Positions 28,578 through 43,805 are shown, numbered from the stretch's first letter. The stretch: 64,000 bases of DNA from Eledone cirrhosa (GCA_964016885.1 OZ024743.1:104594001-104658000); one strand, 5' to 3'. Program-made: numbers and translations. Notes: generated from the letters alone by a model not told the origin.

Positions 28578-28629
28578 CTACTGTAAAACTCATTCTTTGA
28601 TATACTCATTGAATATTGTTTAACTCTTT

Positions 28630-28704
<75 letters not shown>

Positions 28705-29310
28705 GTCAGGTCACCAGTTGGTGCTACTGGTAACATGTATCCCAGTACAACCTGTCTCATGGTCGGGTCGTTGGCGACTAAACTGGCAACCCCACCAAGG
28801 TTTCTTGGTGAGGAGGGTGACTTTGGACATCCTGCAGGACTAAAAACAAAACCTGTCAAAGGGCAAAGGAGCTCTTAAGAGTCAATGGCCATCCAAAATC
28901 ACCGGGAGAGATGACCCCTTAGCCTTTGTCAAGGCAGAATTCTAGGAGAAGGAAAACTCTGATATAACACCTGCAACCCTGATGGTATCCAATGATGTTG
29001 ACTTGTTCTTCTTTTTGGTAAATATCATCTTGGTTAAGAGAGTGGGACTGGCTTTGTGCAGTGCCTTTGCTCACTATAAAAGCTTCACGGCACAGGCATT
29101 GCTTTATATCTGGAGATCTCTGCACTTGTCGTCACAGGGTACCATGGGCCCAGCACTATGTGTCAATAATTGTCACAAGTGTAGTGTTTGTACCAGAGTT
29201 TTCAAGTCGCTGGCTGGAATAAAAAGTCACATTCGTTCAGCGCATCGGTAGGGGTTCTCCTACATGGATATAAAGTAGTGGCCGTACTCGAAAACGAGTT
29301 GGCAGCCACC
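28705..29310 (+). mobile_element. ~607 bp RTE-like deletion derivative, copy 2, within (TA)n
   Basis: Same termini as 1176-1783; ends CSVCTRVFKSLAGIKSHIRSAHR*. Confidence 0.65.
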
Positions 29311-29543
29311 ATATATATATATATATATATATATAGTTAAGGGAAGAAACAAAACAAAACACAGGAGGCAAAATTACACAATTATATGAAGTTCACGCTT
29401 GGAGGAAGTTGAGGATATAAGTTGAGGACACATATATGATAACACATATATGATATTTACAACGTGGTTTCTAACCAATTGAATTTTACCGAATTCATAA
29501 CATTTGTCACAGTTGGAATTCTTTGGGAAATATATATATATAT

Positions 29544-29636
<93 letters not shown>

Positions 29637-29637
<1 letters not shown>

Positions 29638-29823
29638 CGAAGGAAATGTGGTAAGGAACCAGGTGGACCATAACGCACCAAAGTACTCAATATTTAGGGT
29701 AGTAGAGTGGGTAATAGGAACAAGTACGACCCCGACGGCTGAGCTCAAGCCGTTTCGACGGCTGATTCAGAATTAGCCGTCGAAACGGCTTGAGCTCAGC
29801 TGTCGGGGTCTTACTTGTTCCTA
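29637..29823. mobile_element. Foldback fragment of the 2974-HHR family
   Basis: ..agccgtttcgacggctgattc-a-gaattagccgtcgaaacggct.. Confidence 0.88.
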
Positions 29824-30276
29824 TATATATATATATAGTATTAATTATACTTTTTATGGTTATGTAAATACAGAAACCTTTTGCAGTTATATATATTTTT
29901 ATACAAACCCTAAATAGTGGTAGGCAGTAATATATTACTACCTTATTACCAGTAAGTTAAGTAGCTCAATGTAAAAACATCAGATGATTTACAGAGCAGT
30001 TATATGAAATATATATATATATATAAGAAAGTAAGTCCATAGAATCATTTGATAAAATATATACCGTATCTCTCCTCCCAATCAGCATAATTAACCACAC
30101 AAAAAATCAATTAAACGAGGCTATAAGTTTAAAATGTACCTATGAAGAAACAATAGATAAATAAATGATAGCTATTTTATCCGCGATCAACAGCCACACA
30201 AGATTACCCAGTATTTCTAATAGCCCGTAGAAATTGATCAAACATATAGCCAACCATACATAATTAGGTACAAAAT

Positions 30277-30337
<61 letters not shown>

Positions 30338-30480
30338 GAGTTAAACAAGATTCAATGAGTACATCAAAGAATGAGTTTTACAGTAGATTGGAAGCACTCT
30401 ACAGAACAAAAAAAATATTTTCCAGAGTTGTTAATAATAATTCAAATATTAACAAAATAGATATTCTTGTGATCAATTAA

Positions 30481-30546
30481 ATTTTATTATACATATTTCA
30501 GAGGTACTTGAATCAGGTTCAACAGTACGTCCTCATCAGATAAAAT
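30481..30546 (-). ncRNA. Type I hammerhead ribozyme motif, element B
   Basis: rc attttat-CUGAUGA-ggacgtac..gtacctct-GAAA-tatgta-UA-ataaaat. Confidence 0.78.
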
Positions 30547-31384
30547 AAAATGATACATGACATACCCTGACATGTTAGATGGTTAAGATTTAATCAAGGT
30601 AGTGATTAACTTTTGAGAAAACTCAATATTTATACCCTAATATTGAGAACATGCGAAAACGTAATAGAATCAATAGAGAGGGTGTGAGTAAGAAAAACGT
30701 TGCTTTAATGTAACAGTTATAGAGTTTTTAAAGTCTGGAATACTACTGTAGGACTATAGAGGAAGACGTATCTGGAGTTATAATTTATTTAGCTTTTAGC
30801 TTGAGAATGCAACTGATAGATAATTAAAGAGAGGGACAGATAAAGGGGAGTAATTTATGCTCTAATTTTCTTCGGACACATATAAACATGTATAGCCTTG
30901 GCGGTTAAATTTCAAAATATTTAATTTATGTTATTTTAGGGTAAAGAATCAAAACTTTAGGTTTTAAAAGTTGATGGTTATTTGTATTAATTTTATAAAT
31001 TTTATAAATTTTATAAAAGTGTTAAATTTCTAAAATTCAAAGTTTTATGAAAACCAATTTAAAGGATTTACTAGGCCCGCGAGAGAAAAATATATACTGT
31101 TCAATATTCTCACAAAGGTAATCTTTAACAAAATTACTTGTAACAGTGACAATATTTTCCGTATTTATAGTTTATGAAGTATTTACTGTTTTAACTATCA
31201 AGGAATTTATTGTTAAATAGATTATAGTGTCTAAAGTATAACAATTAAACCAGAGTTTTCGGCTATATATATATATATATATGTGTGTGCATTGATCACA
31301 ATAAGAGGACTATAAATTATTATTTTTTATTATTTGTTTATATATTATATTAAATCACTACCTTAGTTCCACCTTCTAGGGAAG

Positions 31385-31720
31385 ACCGAACTCTAATTAT
31401 GATTATGTTATTATACAATATAAATATATTTGCACAAACTATATATAGAGTTATACCGAACTATAATTATGATTATGTTATTATACATTATAAACATATT
31501 TGCACAAAACTATATACAGGGATATACCGAACTATAATTATGATTATGTTATTATACAATATAAACATATTTGCACAAACTACATATAGAGAGATATACT
31601 AAGTGTTAATGAGACGGTAAATATTTAGTAAAGAATAACGGTTATAATCTTTGATAGTAGATTCATACATACATAACTACGATTATGTTATTACACAAGG
31701 TAAAGATATTTGCACAATCT
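31385..31720. repeat. ~70 bp minisatellite inside element B 3' UTR
   Basis: accgaactataattatgattatgttattatacaatataaacatatttgcacaaa x3-4. Confidence 0.88.
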
Positions 31721-33562
31721 ATACTTTGAATTTCTAGATATTAATAAGACAGTATATATCCAATAAAACATATCGATTAAAAACACTGTTAATAGCCTTA
31801 CCTCCAGTTTAGTAGAGATATAAACCGATATTTGTCTGCTAATATTGTTTGCTAAAAATATGTAAAATACATAAAAAACAAATCCAACTTTCTGAGTCTT
31901 CAAAAACCATCCCCAAATGATTAAAAATACACACATATATATAAAATACATAGGTATATATAAAAATGTAAACGCATGAATGATCCACAGTTCAAATTAA
32001 GGTCCGTAAAATTTACAGGTTAGATATCTAAACTATATTTAAAACAGATAGAAAAATAAAGGTCTGGATCAAAGTTAATAATATCCCAAAAGCCATAGGT
32101 TATGTATATCAACCTGCCAACATGTTATTAAACAAGTGTCATTCATTCAAACATTATTTCCATTATAAATGATTAGAAGATAAAGCATTATTAAAGTTTT
32201 ATAAGCCATTATGATTTATATTTTCAACAGTTGGTGATGTACGTCTAAAAACCAGGCTTGGTTGCTTATTGTTTTTTCCTGACCTTATGCGAAGCTTGGA
32301 ATGTAGATAAAGCTTTATGAAGGCAGTTTGAGAATAATTCACTTTTTTTTGTTAATTAAGTTTTCATAATTATTAATTATCAATAGGGTCTCCATTGTAC
32401 AGAGAGCGCAGTTACTTGATATACTTGAGTTGAGATAAACTCCACTATTACAAAGTTTCGTCCAAAAGATCGAGTATTTAAAATGTTTGTCTTTTAATGA
32501 CCATATAAGCTGTGTTAAAGAAGTCGATGATATCCTATTAGAATTCGAAAATGAGCATTTATGATTCGCAAATCTAGCCTTAAATGTAGAAGTCGCTCCT
32601 ATGTAGTTGTATGTGTTGTTATCAGTTTTTACGGTGCATTTATACACCAAATTACTGTCCAAACAATTATTTTGCAGAGGGCAATCTGGTTTATTTCTAC
32701 AATTAGATTTTGATTTATTATTATTTATGTTAACACTATTATTAAAATCATTATGCTGATCCTACTTTAGGATTTTACTGTTTATTTTAACAATGTTTTG
32801 GGCCATATTCATAGTTGTAGTATAAGATAATTTAATGGTGTGTCTATTAAAAATGGAATGGTATTTGTGTTGACTAGGGAAAGAGCTGTCCAAAGCTTTA
32901 AAGAATAGGTTTGCTATTGGTGTTCTGTTTGCCCCCCCCCCCCGCTACGAAAGCGGGGGGGGGGGACCATATAACTGATTTAGTTCTGGTTCTTTTCCTC
33001 GATGTGTTCACTGTATAGGTGTTTGAATTATAATTATTAGAATTTCGTTTATGGCTTTTTGGATATTATTAACTTTGATCCAGACCTTTATTTTTCTATC
33101 TCTGTTTTAAATATAGTTTAGATATCTAACCTGTAAATTTTACGGACTTTAATTTGAACTGTGGATCATTCATGCGTTTACATTTTTATATATACCTATG
33201 TATTTTATATATATATGTGTGTATTTTACTCATTTGGGGATGGTTTTTGAAGACTCAGAAAGTTGGCTTTGTTTTTTATGTATCTTACGTATGTATGTAT
33301 TTTATATATACGTGTGTATTTTACTCATTTGGGGATAGTTTTTGAAGACTCAGAAAGTTGGATTTGTTTTTTATGTATTTTACATATTTTTAGCAAACAC
33401 TATTAGCAGACAAATATCGGTTTATATCTCCACTAAACTGATTTTTCCCTGCATTTCACCAAATTCTGTGGATGAATCTATATCCTGATTCTTTTTGAAT
33501 TGAGTTTGAATTATTTTCCCACATCTTACGTTAACTATTTTTCCTTTTTGACGCTATAGTCA

Positions 33563-33667
<105 letters not shown>

Positions 33668-33726
33668 ATATATATATACATGTATATATATATATATATA
33701 TACATGTATGTATATATATATACATG

Positions 33727-33775
<49 letters not shown>

Positions 33776-33777
<2 letters not shown>

Positions 33778-36700
33778 TTTGTTTTGCGAGGTTTTTGATA
33801 TGAAATCGTGTGTCGAAACAAATATTGTTATGCTTGGGGAGGGTCATATTGTCGTAATAATATTGCCAGAATTAATAACAGAACACACTCACTGTTTGGT
33901 TGGTTTTCGCTTCTGTATCTTTTATATCAGTTAATTTATTCTGTCCTCAATGTTTACCATTGACTGACCAACGGTCAAAAATACAGGTATAATATAGATA
34001 TAAACACATATATATAGTCTAACAAAGTTCTTTCGTTGCACATCTGCAACATCGCCAGTGGTGCTATTATGTTCCTCCTGTTGTATTGTATATTTGCGCC
34101 ATCTTTATTTAATCTGTTTATTTATTTACTTATTTATTTTTGTCTTCTTCTCTGCGCATGCGTTTGCGTGTGCGTATAGTGTTTGGTGTGTGTTCGTGTT
34201 TGGGTGACTGTGTTTTGGTTATTGTATTCTATCTTAGTTTACTAGTGTATGCTTATATGTGTTTGTTGTTATTGTGCTTGTGTATATATATATTTATTTA
34301 TTTATATTTCTCTTAGGTCAGTATTGTTTGTTTGGGTGTTGTTATTCCATTCATTTTTTCTGTTTGGCCTTCTAAGTTCTATTTCGCTTGCCTCTCTGAT
34401 TTGCCTATCTGCTGAGTCATTTCTGTTTAGATATTATTTTAATTTCTATGTTACCGTCATGTTGTTGTCTGGCGTGTTCGTATAGTACTGAACCGTTTTT
34501 CGTTCTTTTAATTCCCCCCAGTGTTGGTCTATCCTTTCACCTATGCTACGAGCTGTCTCGCCTATGTATGTTGTTGTCATGTTTCTGCAAGTACCCTCTG
34601 TACATCTTATGCTATAGACTACGTTTCTAGTTTTACAGTTTATCCGGGGGTTTACTTTACATATAATACATTTCCTATTAGTACAGCGGGTTTTCTTAAA
34701 AGGGTATGTTTTGCTGATCAGGGATTTTATGGCAGTTCTTGGCTTTTCTACCACCTTAATCTTTAAGTGGGTCTTTCTCAGGGCCTTTCTACACAGGTTA
34801 GCTAATTTCCCTCCAGGGGTAGCGTCCACGAACATGACACTCTGGTATCTCTGGTTGTCATACCATGTCGTGGCTTTCCCTATCTTATGTTTAGTCCTAT
34901 CTAAGCTATTCCATTATTTGCTCCTGTACAATGGACAAATTCCTTTCATGTCCAGTTCTATGAGTGTCTTATACTTCTTCGTGGCTCCTTAGTATACTCT
35001 GATTCTGTCTCTTTAGTTGTAGCCAGAGAACTGCATGCGGTTGATGCACTACTGGACATTGCTGAATTTTTGAGTATCAGGTATTTGGAGGCCATGGGTT
35101 TAGCGTAGTGTGAGTGGAGAATTTGGGATCTCTCGTCTATAGTGTTAATCCAGAGTTCCGTGTCTAATACAGGTAGTCTACTGTTAGGGTGTTTGGAAAG
35201 GTATTCGATAGTTACAGTTATACTCTGGTGTATGGAATTAGCTATCTGCTGGATGCTTTCCATTGTGCTACGTTCTAAATCATACTTGTTAGTACTCTCT
35301 TGTGGAGGTGTCCTTATTACTATATTAATGTCGTCTACGTAACGAGAGTACATGATGAGGTCTATGGAGCTCTCATCAAGGAGATCTTTGAGTCTCCTTT
35401 CCAACCATACCATGAAAAGGTTGGCAACGTCACCAGCTATGCTGACGCCAATGGCTGATCCCTTATTTTGGGTGTAGATCTTCTCGTTGAATTTGAATAT
35501 GTGGCCCTTTAGGGTAGTTTTAATACTATCCCCATTTGCATGCGCGACCATTTTTCTTACCTGATCATTGTTTTTGGGGGTCCGTATGGATTTGGTTCAC
35601 CCAATCCACCTTCCCATGGGAGTCTTTTTTGCCATTGAGGTTATGGTGGGGGATCTACCTCTTATGGGTCTACTGGGGCAGAAACGGCTAAGGTCATGGC
35701 TGTCTAGGTAGTCGGTGTCATAGGTAAGTCTAAGTAGGAGGCTCAGTTCATCTGTGTCGACGTCGCAGAACTCCACCTCACTCTCACTGATCATCTCCAC
35801 ACATTTTTCCACAGCAAAATCAATGTTAATGGATGGGTATAGTGATACCACGTCTATACTGCCTATTATGCAGTTAGATAGGTTTTTGTTTTTGTTGCAT
35901 TCATTGATTCTGCTGAGGAGGTCCTCTGTACTGTCACATACATCTGGGGACATCTTGATTATGGGGCGTATAACCATTGAGAGGAAGTAGGAGATCCTGT
36001 AGTTGCTAGCGATATTGGCTCCGCATACAGTTCTTGTTGGTGGTCCTGTTGTCGGGTTTTGCGGAGCCCACACAAGGGTAGTATTTCATTGTTAGACGCC
36101 TGGAAGTTGTTGGCAGTGCGTCTGTTTGGCTTTAGGATGTCGGTCCACATCATCATGTGAGCGTTGAGTATCTTCTCTCTCCCCTCATGTATTTGCTGTG
36201 TAATTTCGCTCGTGTTGGTGATGTAAGGTTGCATAGCCTTGATGTAGTTCGGCATGCTGTCTATTGACATCCTACCAGACTTATCCGTGGGTAGACATAC
36301 TACCTCACCATCCCTTGTGCGCTGCTTGAGGCTAACCAAGCCTTCTACAGGTTTCCTTCCAAGTTGTTGGACCTCTGGTCTGCTTTGTCTCTTAGTATAC
36401 CGGTCTACTATTTGTCTAATCTTATTTCTAGCTATGGTGAACTGTGCCTCTGTCTCGTCATCTATTTGTTGTGGTATACAAACCCTTTTATTAAAGGGTA
36501 ACCTCGTAGGATAAATTTTACTCATCTGATATGTTTTGTCAGCTGGATTGAACAATAGTTTCTCTAAGGGGTTGTCATTATGTCTATCGTCATAGTTGTG
36601 TGTGTTGCTATTATTGTTATTATGGTTGTTGTTCCTACCGTTAACATTATTATTATTGTTATGATTGCTAGATGTATTGTTGTTATGATTGTTAGATGTA

Positions 36701-37130
36701 TTGTTGTTGTTTTCTCTATTGTTATTGTTGTTGTTACTGTTATTTCTACCATTGTGGTTGTTACTTTTATTATTATGTTTCTTGTTGTTGTTGTGTCTAT
36801 CATTAATAGTAAATATACAATGCAACAGGAGGAACATAATAGCACCACTGGCGATGTTGCAGATGTGCAACGAAAGAACTTTGTTAGACTATATATATGT
36901 GTTTATATCTATATTATATCTGTATTTTTGACCGTTGGTCAGTCAATGGTAAACATTGAGGACAGAATAAATTAACTGATATAAAAGATACAGAAGCGAA
37001 AACCAACCAAACAGTGAGTGTGTTCTGTTATTAATTCTGGCAATATTATTACGACAATATGACCCTCCCCAAGCATAACAATATTTGTTTCGACACACGA
37101 TTTCATATCAAAAGCCTCGCAAAACAAATA
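33776..37130 (-). mobile_element. Penelope-like retroelement (RT + Cys-rich linker + GIY-YIG; Neptune-like), ~320 bp inverted terminal pLTRs, in (TA)n
   Basis: PTDKSG, SIDVVSLYPSI, GSAIG..ANLFM, YSRYVDDI, NVVYSIRC..YIGETAR; 33776-34095 is the rc of 36811-37130. Confidence 0.92.
34420..36560 (-). pseudogene. Penelope RT/GIY-YIG polyprotein, frameshifted
   Basis: ORFs 35959-36870, 35597-36073, 34958-35551 and 34446-34835 are collinear pieces. Confidence 0.9.
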
Positions 37131-37378
37131 TATATATATATATATATACACATACATGTATATATATATATACATACATGTATATATATATATAAAGGAT
37201 CGATCAACTTTCGTCAAATCGGACCGAGGAAACAATGTTTCCGTTGGTCTTTCCAGTTGCTAATACTATCTATCGAATCAATTAACTGATATAAAAGATA
37301 CAGAAGCGAAAACAAATCAAACAGCGAGTGTGTTCTGTTATTAATTCTCGCAATATTATTACAACAATATGACACTCC

Positions 37379-37440
<62 letters not shown>

Positions 37441-37443
<3 letters not shown>

Positions 37444-37900
37444 TGTATATATAGTATATTTGGCAATATACTGTATGCTGTAAAGCATTTTGAAGACCTT
37501 GCGCTATTATTTTAAAGTAGTGACTATGTCACGTACTTCTTTTTTCAACAAACAAAGGGAGTTAAGCTGACAGATCTGTTTGATACTGTTGGTATTAATC
37601 AGAACGTAGCACTCGCTTTGTCTGTTGAAAATTATAAATGTTGGCTTCTTATAGAATTCCAGTAATAATCAGGAACTGATTATACAGAGCGAGTGCTAAG
37701 CTCTGATTATTACCAACAGTATGAAACAGATCTGTCAGCTTATCTGCCTTTGTTTGTTGAAAAAAGAAGTGACATAGTCACTACTTTAAAATAATAGCGC
37801 AAGGTCTTCAAAATGCTTTTAATTAAGCATAAAGTATATTGCCAAATATACTATATATACATCCATGTATACATCGCTATTTCAGAGCACCAATTCTAAT
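37441..37900. mobile_element. Imperfect foldback element with HHR-like motif (~37697-37741, CUGAUUA core)
   Basis: ~180 bp arms; aagct-CUGAUUA-ttac..gtat-GAAA-cagatctg-UC-agctt; family relative at 41745-42222. Confidence 0.8.
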
Positions 37901-37905
37901 ATATA

Positions 37906-39066
<1,161 letters not shown>

Positions 39067-39112
39067 GAAACAGAAAACAAAAACACAACGAAATATATAT
39101 ATATATATATAC

Positions 39113-39915
39113 ATATATTTTTATTTGTTTGACCCGAATTACTTGATCGTTTTTTTGGTTGTGCGGATGATTGTTTAACCATCGTCTCAGTGTGTTTGGC
39201 CTTTAACGTATATTGTAGCTCTGGTTCTTCTGAACCATTGAGCACTTGCCACACATCTCAGAGGTTGTTTTTCGCTATTTCATAGACCGAAATACGAATC
39301 TCGATAATTTATATTTGTATTAATCTCCAAAGTCTAGCGAATGACTAGTTAATTTTCTTGATTTGTTAGTTGATTCTATTGACTGATGAACAGCTTATGT
39401 TAACTTTAACCCTTCTGTTGAGAACTCTATTCGATTTGTGATTTTTTGCATTCTTGCAATAATATACACAACTGAATTCATTCGCCTAATATAGGGGTTG
39501 CCTCCCTTGCCGATCCCCACGTGGGGTCAGTAATAGCCATTCCTTGTATTAGCATTGAACTAAAACCTGTTGAAAAAGTGGCTTCCTTGTTCAATCATCT
39601 TACCAGAAACCTAACATTTTTTATGTAAGCAGGCAGTACTTGATTTAGGAGTCGCAGAAACCCAAATGCTGGATTTTAACAACCTTCTAGGGGTCTGGGT
39701 AAATTTTAAATCACATATATTTTTATTTGTTTGACCTGAATTACTTGATCGTTTTTTTGGCTATGCGGATGATTGTTTAACCATCGTCTCAGTGTGTTTG
39801 GCCTTTAACGTATGTTGTGGCTCTGGTTCTTCTGAACCATTGAGCACTTACCACACATCTCGGAGATTGTTTTTCGTTATTTCATAGGCCGAAATACGAT
39901 TCTCGATAATTTATA
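39113..39915 (+). mobile_element. Partial-tandem (602 bp period) pLTR-like element in (TA)n
   Basis: 39113-39315 repeats at 39715-39915. Confidence 0.85.
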
Positions 39916-40063
39916 TTTATATATATATATATATTTTCCGTTTATCGTTTTCGGCGCGCCCGACCGATTAACTCACTCGATATGCAAATTAGACTGCTCA
40001 GCCGTTAATATGCATAAGGAAAGTATATACTTTCAGACGTTCAATCATCTAGCAGGAAGGTAT

Positions 40064-40106
40064 ACGTTGCTGACGATAGCTAATAAGCTTGAAACTAGTA
40101 CAGCGT
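40064..40106 (+). ncRNA. Type I hammerhead ribozyme motif (family of 8977)
   Basis: acgttg-CUGACGA-tagct..agctt-GAAA-ctag-UA-cagcgt. Confidence 0.8.
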
Positions 40107-40467
40107 TCCTTTGTCAATGTTGGACAAATGAGCAACGATGGTTGCTAGACACTGTACGGCTTAATTCGGGATGTTTGTTTACAAACACACCGAGCATTAT
40201 AATAAATGTTCGGTGAATCCATACGTACATATATATATGTGTGCATGTATGTATATATATACATACTACTGTACGTCTGTATACATATATGTATGTACGT
40301 ATACATATTTATATTTAAGTAACAGCCGTACTAAGAGTGAGAACTGAAATTTCGTTTCATTTTTTCCGTTTATATATATATATATATATGTGTGTGTGTG
40401 CGTGTGTGTGTGCGCGTGTGTGTGTGTGTATATATATATATATATGCATACATACATACATGCATAC

Positions 40468-40502
<35 letters not shown>

Positions 40503-41878
40503 CAAACATGTTATATACAACTACTACACACAACGTGTTCTCTAACCAATTGAATTTTAGCGAATTTTTAACATTTGTTACAGCTGGAATTCTTTGGGAA
40601 ATTAAGTTGATATTTCATAAAAGGTTGTACAATGATTACATTTCTGTTAGAAATTTTGTTACATATACTAACATCCAAAGATATCCACACTTCTTCATGC
40701 ACATACACACTTAACGGTAATATTGTTAATAATTTTCACGAGGAATTCGTGAGATTCTGTGTATAAGACGACGAAATATTTTCATAATATAGTGAAAAAT
40801 AATAAAAATAGTGAATATCACTATTCATAATGTAACTAAAATTGCACACGCTGTGTTTTCAATAATTTTGTTTTACTATTTAGTTTTGGTCTCCTTCGCC
40901 ACGCCTGATATTTTTTTCAGGATTTATTAGAAGATTTTAGACAGTTTTTTTCGTCTAGACAAGAAGACACTAATTTTGAGCTTCTTTTATTTTTACATGA
41001 AAGAACTTTATTTGAATTTTTTTTTTAAGCTGCCATCACTGACAAAGGAGTTTTTATTCAGTACTGCAAACTAACAAAATATTTTGTAAAATTTTGAGAT
41101 ATAAATTAAACTTTAGACTATTAGACACATTAGAGTTACATTAAATATTCCAGTGTCTTTTGTAGTTATAAAAACGGAAAAGGAAGGGAAAGAGAAGGGC
41201 TCGAGAGTCATAGAAGAATGGGGAAGCGAGAGGGTGATGGGCTCTGGGCCTAGGGCGTAGTGGTATTGAGGATGCGCCCTGCAACAAGACCGCAAAAGCA
41301 TTCCAACGGATAATGGCCAACGACACCAGCTGCAACAGCTACCCTACCTCGCGGGGCTCCTTCTCCAGACTTTCCGATCTTGCAGAGGAGCTCGGCAGTA
41401 CGGGGTCCAAGCAATGGTGGACTGGTCAGGTTACCCAATAGCAAGTTGGCCCCAGGAGGCCCACGTTAGCATTGCAAGACCAACTGTAGTATTTTAGGGG
41501 CCAATGTTTTGCTTTAAAAAAAACCCTGAAGTCTAAAAGAAAGAATGAAAAAAAATATATATATAAAACAATTAAGCAAAGCATTTAGTCAACCAATTCC
41601 CCGGGGAATTAATAGAAACAATAGCTGGAATCAGTGGTTGTACATTCTACTAAATCTAAAGCTTAGTGTATTCATTCATGCATGCAAATATACATATATA
41701 GACACAGGCACACAACCATACCCCCCCCCCCCCATATATATATATATGAATGTATATATAGTATATTTTGCAATACACTGTATGCTTAATTAAAAGCATT
41801 TTCAAGACCTTACGCTATTGTTTGTTTTAAAGTAGCGACATTGTCGCTTACTTAAATTTTCGGCAGACAGGGGGAGAT

Positions 41879-41923
41879 AAGTTGACAGCGCTGTTTCGTA
41901 CTGTTTCGTACTTATCAAAACCC
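41879..41923 (-). ncRNA. Type I hammerhead motif, U3-A8 core
   Basis: rc gggtt-UUGAUAA-gtac..gtac-GAAA-cagcgctg-UC-aactt, enclosed by a long stem (41855-41950). Confidence 0.72.
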
Positions 41924-42224
41924 ACTACTCTCCCCGTCTGCCGAAAATTATGTGTGTTGGGTTCTTATAGAATTCCAGTAACAATCAGGAACTGATATTA
42001 CAGAGCGGTCGCCGGCCCAGCAGAAATTGAAAATTAGAATTGGTGCTCTGAAATAGCGATATATATATATGAATGTATATATAGTATATATATATATGAA
42101 TGTATATATAGTGTATATATATATGGTCTTCAAAATGCTTTTAATTAAGCATACGGTGTATTGCAAAATACACTATATATACATTCATATATATATCGCT
42201 ATTTCAGAGCACCAATTCTAATTT

Positions 42225-42259
<35 letters not shown>

Positions 42260-42423
42260 GCTCTCCATCATCCACTTTTCTAAAAAATAAATCATACACA
42301 AAACGCCAGCACCAATAGTTTTGCAAGAGATGTCAACATGAATGGACCTATTATTTTTATCTAAAGACATTTTTTCCAATTCCACCCCACCCGTCCCTTC
42401 AATCTATCTTATTTCTCATTCTT

Positions 42424-42459
42424 TCTTCTGATGAAGGACTAGCGTCCGAAACGTTAAGA
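42424..42459 (+). ncRNA. Minimal hammerhead ribozyme motif
   Basis: tctt-CUGAUGA-a-ggac-tagc-gtcc-GAAA-cgUU-aaga. Confidence 0.78.
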
Positions 42460-42655
42460 CTCTCTTCCTGCTATTTCAAGCGTTAACCTAATATATTCCT
42501 TCCATATACTGTACCGATTTCTGTTTACCTTTTACACACACACATAAACACACACATATATATATACTTACACATACACACGAATTACTAACCAAATGAT
42601 GTTTGGTATCTATGGGTTAAAGACATCTGTCAAATCAATTAGTGCTGAAGGTGGA

Positions 42656-42726
<71 letters not shown>

Positions 42727-43079
42727 CACACATACATATACATATATATATATATATATGTATACACACACACACACACACACATATATATATTGAGTGA
42801 GTGTGAAAAATCAAAGGTCATTGTTGAAAGTCTCTGTATTTTTTGAAAATGTTATTTATTCATTATAAAAATTAAATAATAGCATTCTATATGTAGGTGG
42901 GTCCCCTTCATCGCCTAGCAACCAATAATTTTAGACCCGGTCTGCCACTGTAAATATATATATATATATTATTGTAAGTTTGAATCTAACTGACATGCAA
43001 AATCATATATATATGAATGAAGTAGGCCCAAATCATAGTAGATTCAAATATCACAAAGAGAGAGAGAGAGAGAGAGAGG

Positions 43080-43148
<69 letters not shown>

Positions 43149-43764
43149 GAGGTGCAACAGAAATAAAACATTGATTACAGGTTAAAATATAGTCTAGATA
43201 GATGAGAAACAAAACGAGGATGTAGTTTATGGAACACCCAAATGTTTCAGAAGTCGACCTTAAGTAGGGGCAATAACACAAAGAAAGGCATGAACGACAG
43301 CACACCATCTTTTATTGAAAATTTTGAAAGTAGGTTTATAAGTATGAATTTTCGTATGATTTCTGTCGCTGTCTCAGTGGACTAGTGGTAGGCACTACAG
43401 ACGGTGGCGATCCTGGTCTTGGGTTCAACCTTCGTCGAGAGGTACATATAATCTTTTTTAGTTTTGATTTTACAACCCATAGAAAAAAACTGAAATGGTT
43501 TACCGGGAATCCTACTCCCGACCAAGATCGAACTTCAGACCAGGATCACCACCGTCTATGATTCCTCCAGCTAGGCCGCCGAGACAGCTACAAAAGTGTA
43601 AAGAAAATCAAAATTCAAAAGATGTGGTGTCGTTCATGGCTTTCCTAGAGCTATTAGTCATATTTAGGGTCGACTTGTCAATCTTCTGGCTCTTTGGTAA
43701 CAACCTAATATTCCTATGTGTGTTTAACTGTTGAATTATTTTAATTTGATTATTTTAACAAACA

Positions 43765-43805
<41 letters not shown>

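Larger units (their letters stand above)
26320..28630 (-). mobile_element. 5'-truncated Naiad-type Penelope-like element A (GIY-YIG + long 3' UTR + HHR)
   Basis: GIY-YIG ORF; homology with 30333-33440; 28578-28630 is an inverted copy of the family's 3' terminus (cf. 30333-30385). Confidence 0.8.
30333..33440 (-). mobile_element. 5'-truncated Naiad-type Penelope-like element B with inverted 5' segment
   Basis: Linker + GIY-YIG at ~32300-32930 (FPSQHKYHSIFNRHTIKLSY..CPLQNNCL..YIG); 33050-33440 is an inverted copy of 31805-32090; HHR at 30481-30546. Confidence 0.82.

Noticed and set aside
32105-32170. Possible SECIS in the Naiad-like 3' UTR
   Set aside because: AUGA..GA pairing is not conserved in copy A, and no in-frame TGA at Cys positions was seen
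43370-43442. tRNA-like sequence
   Set aside because: Only A/B-box-like remnants and no clean cloverleaf; likely a SINE head
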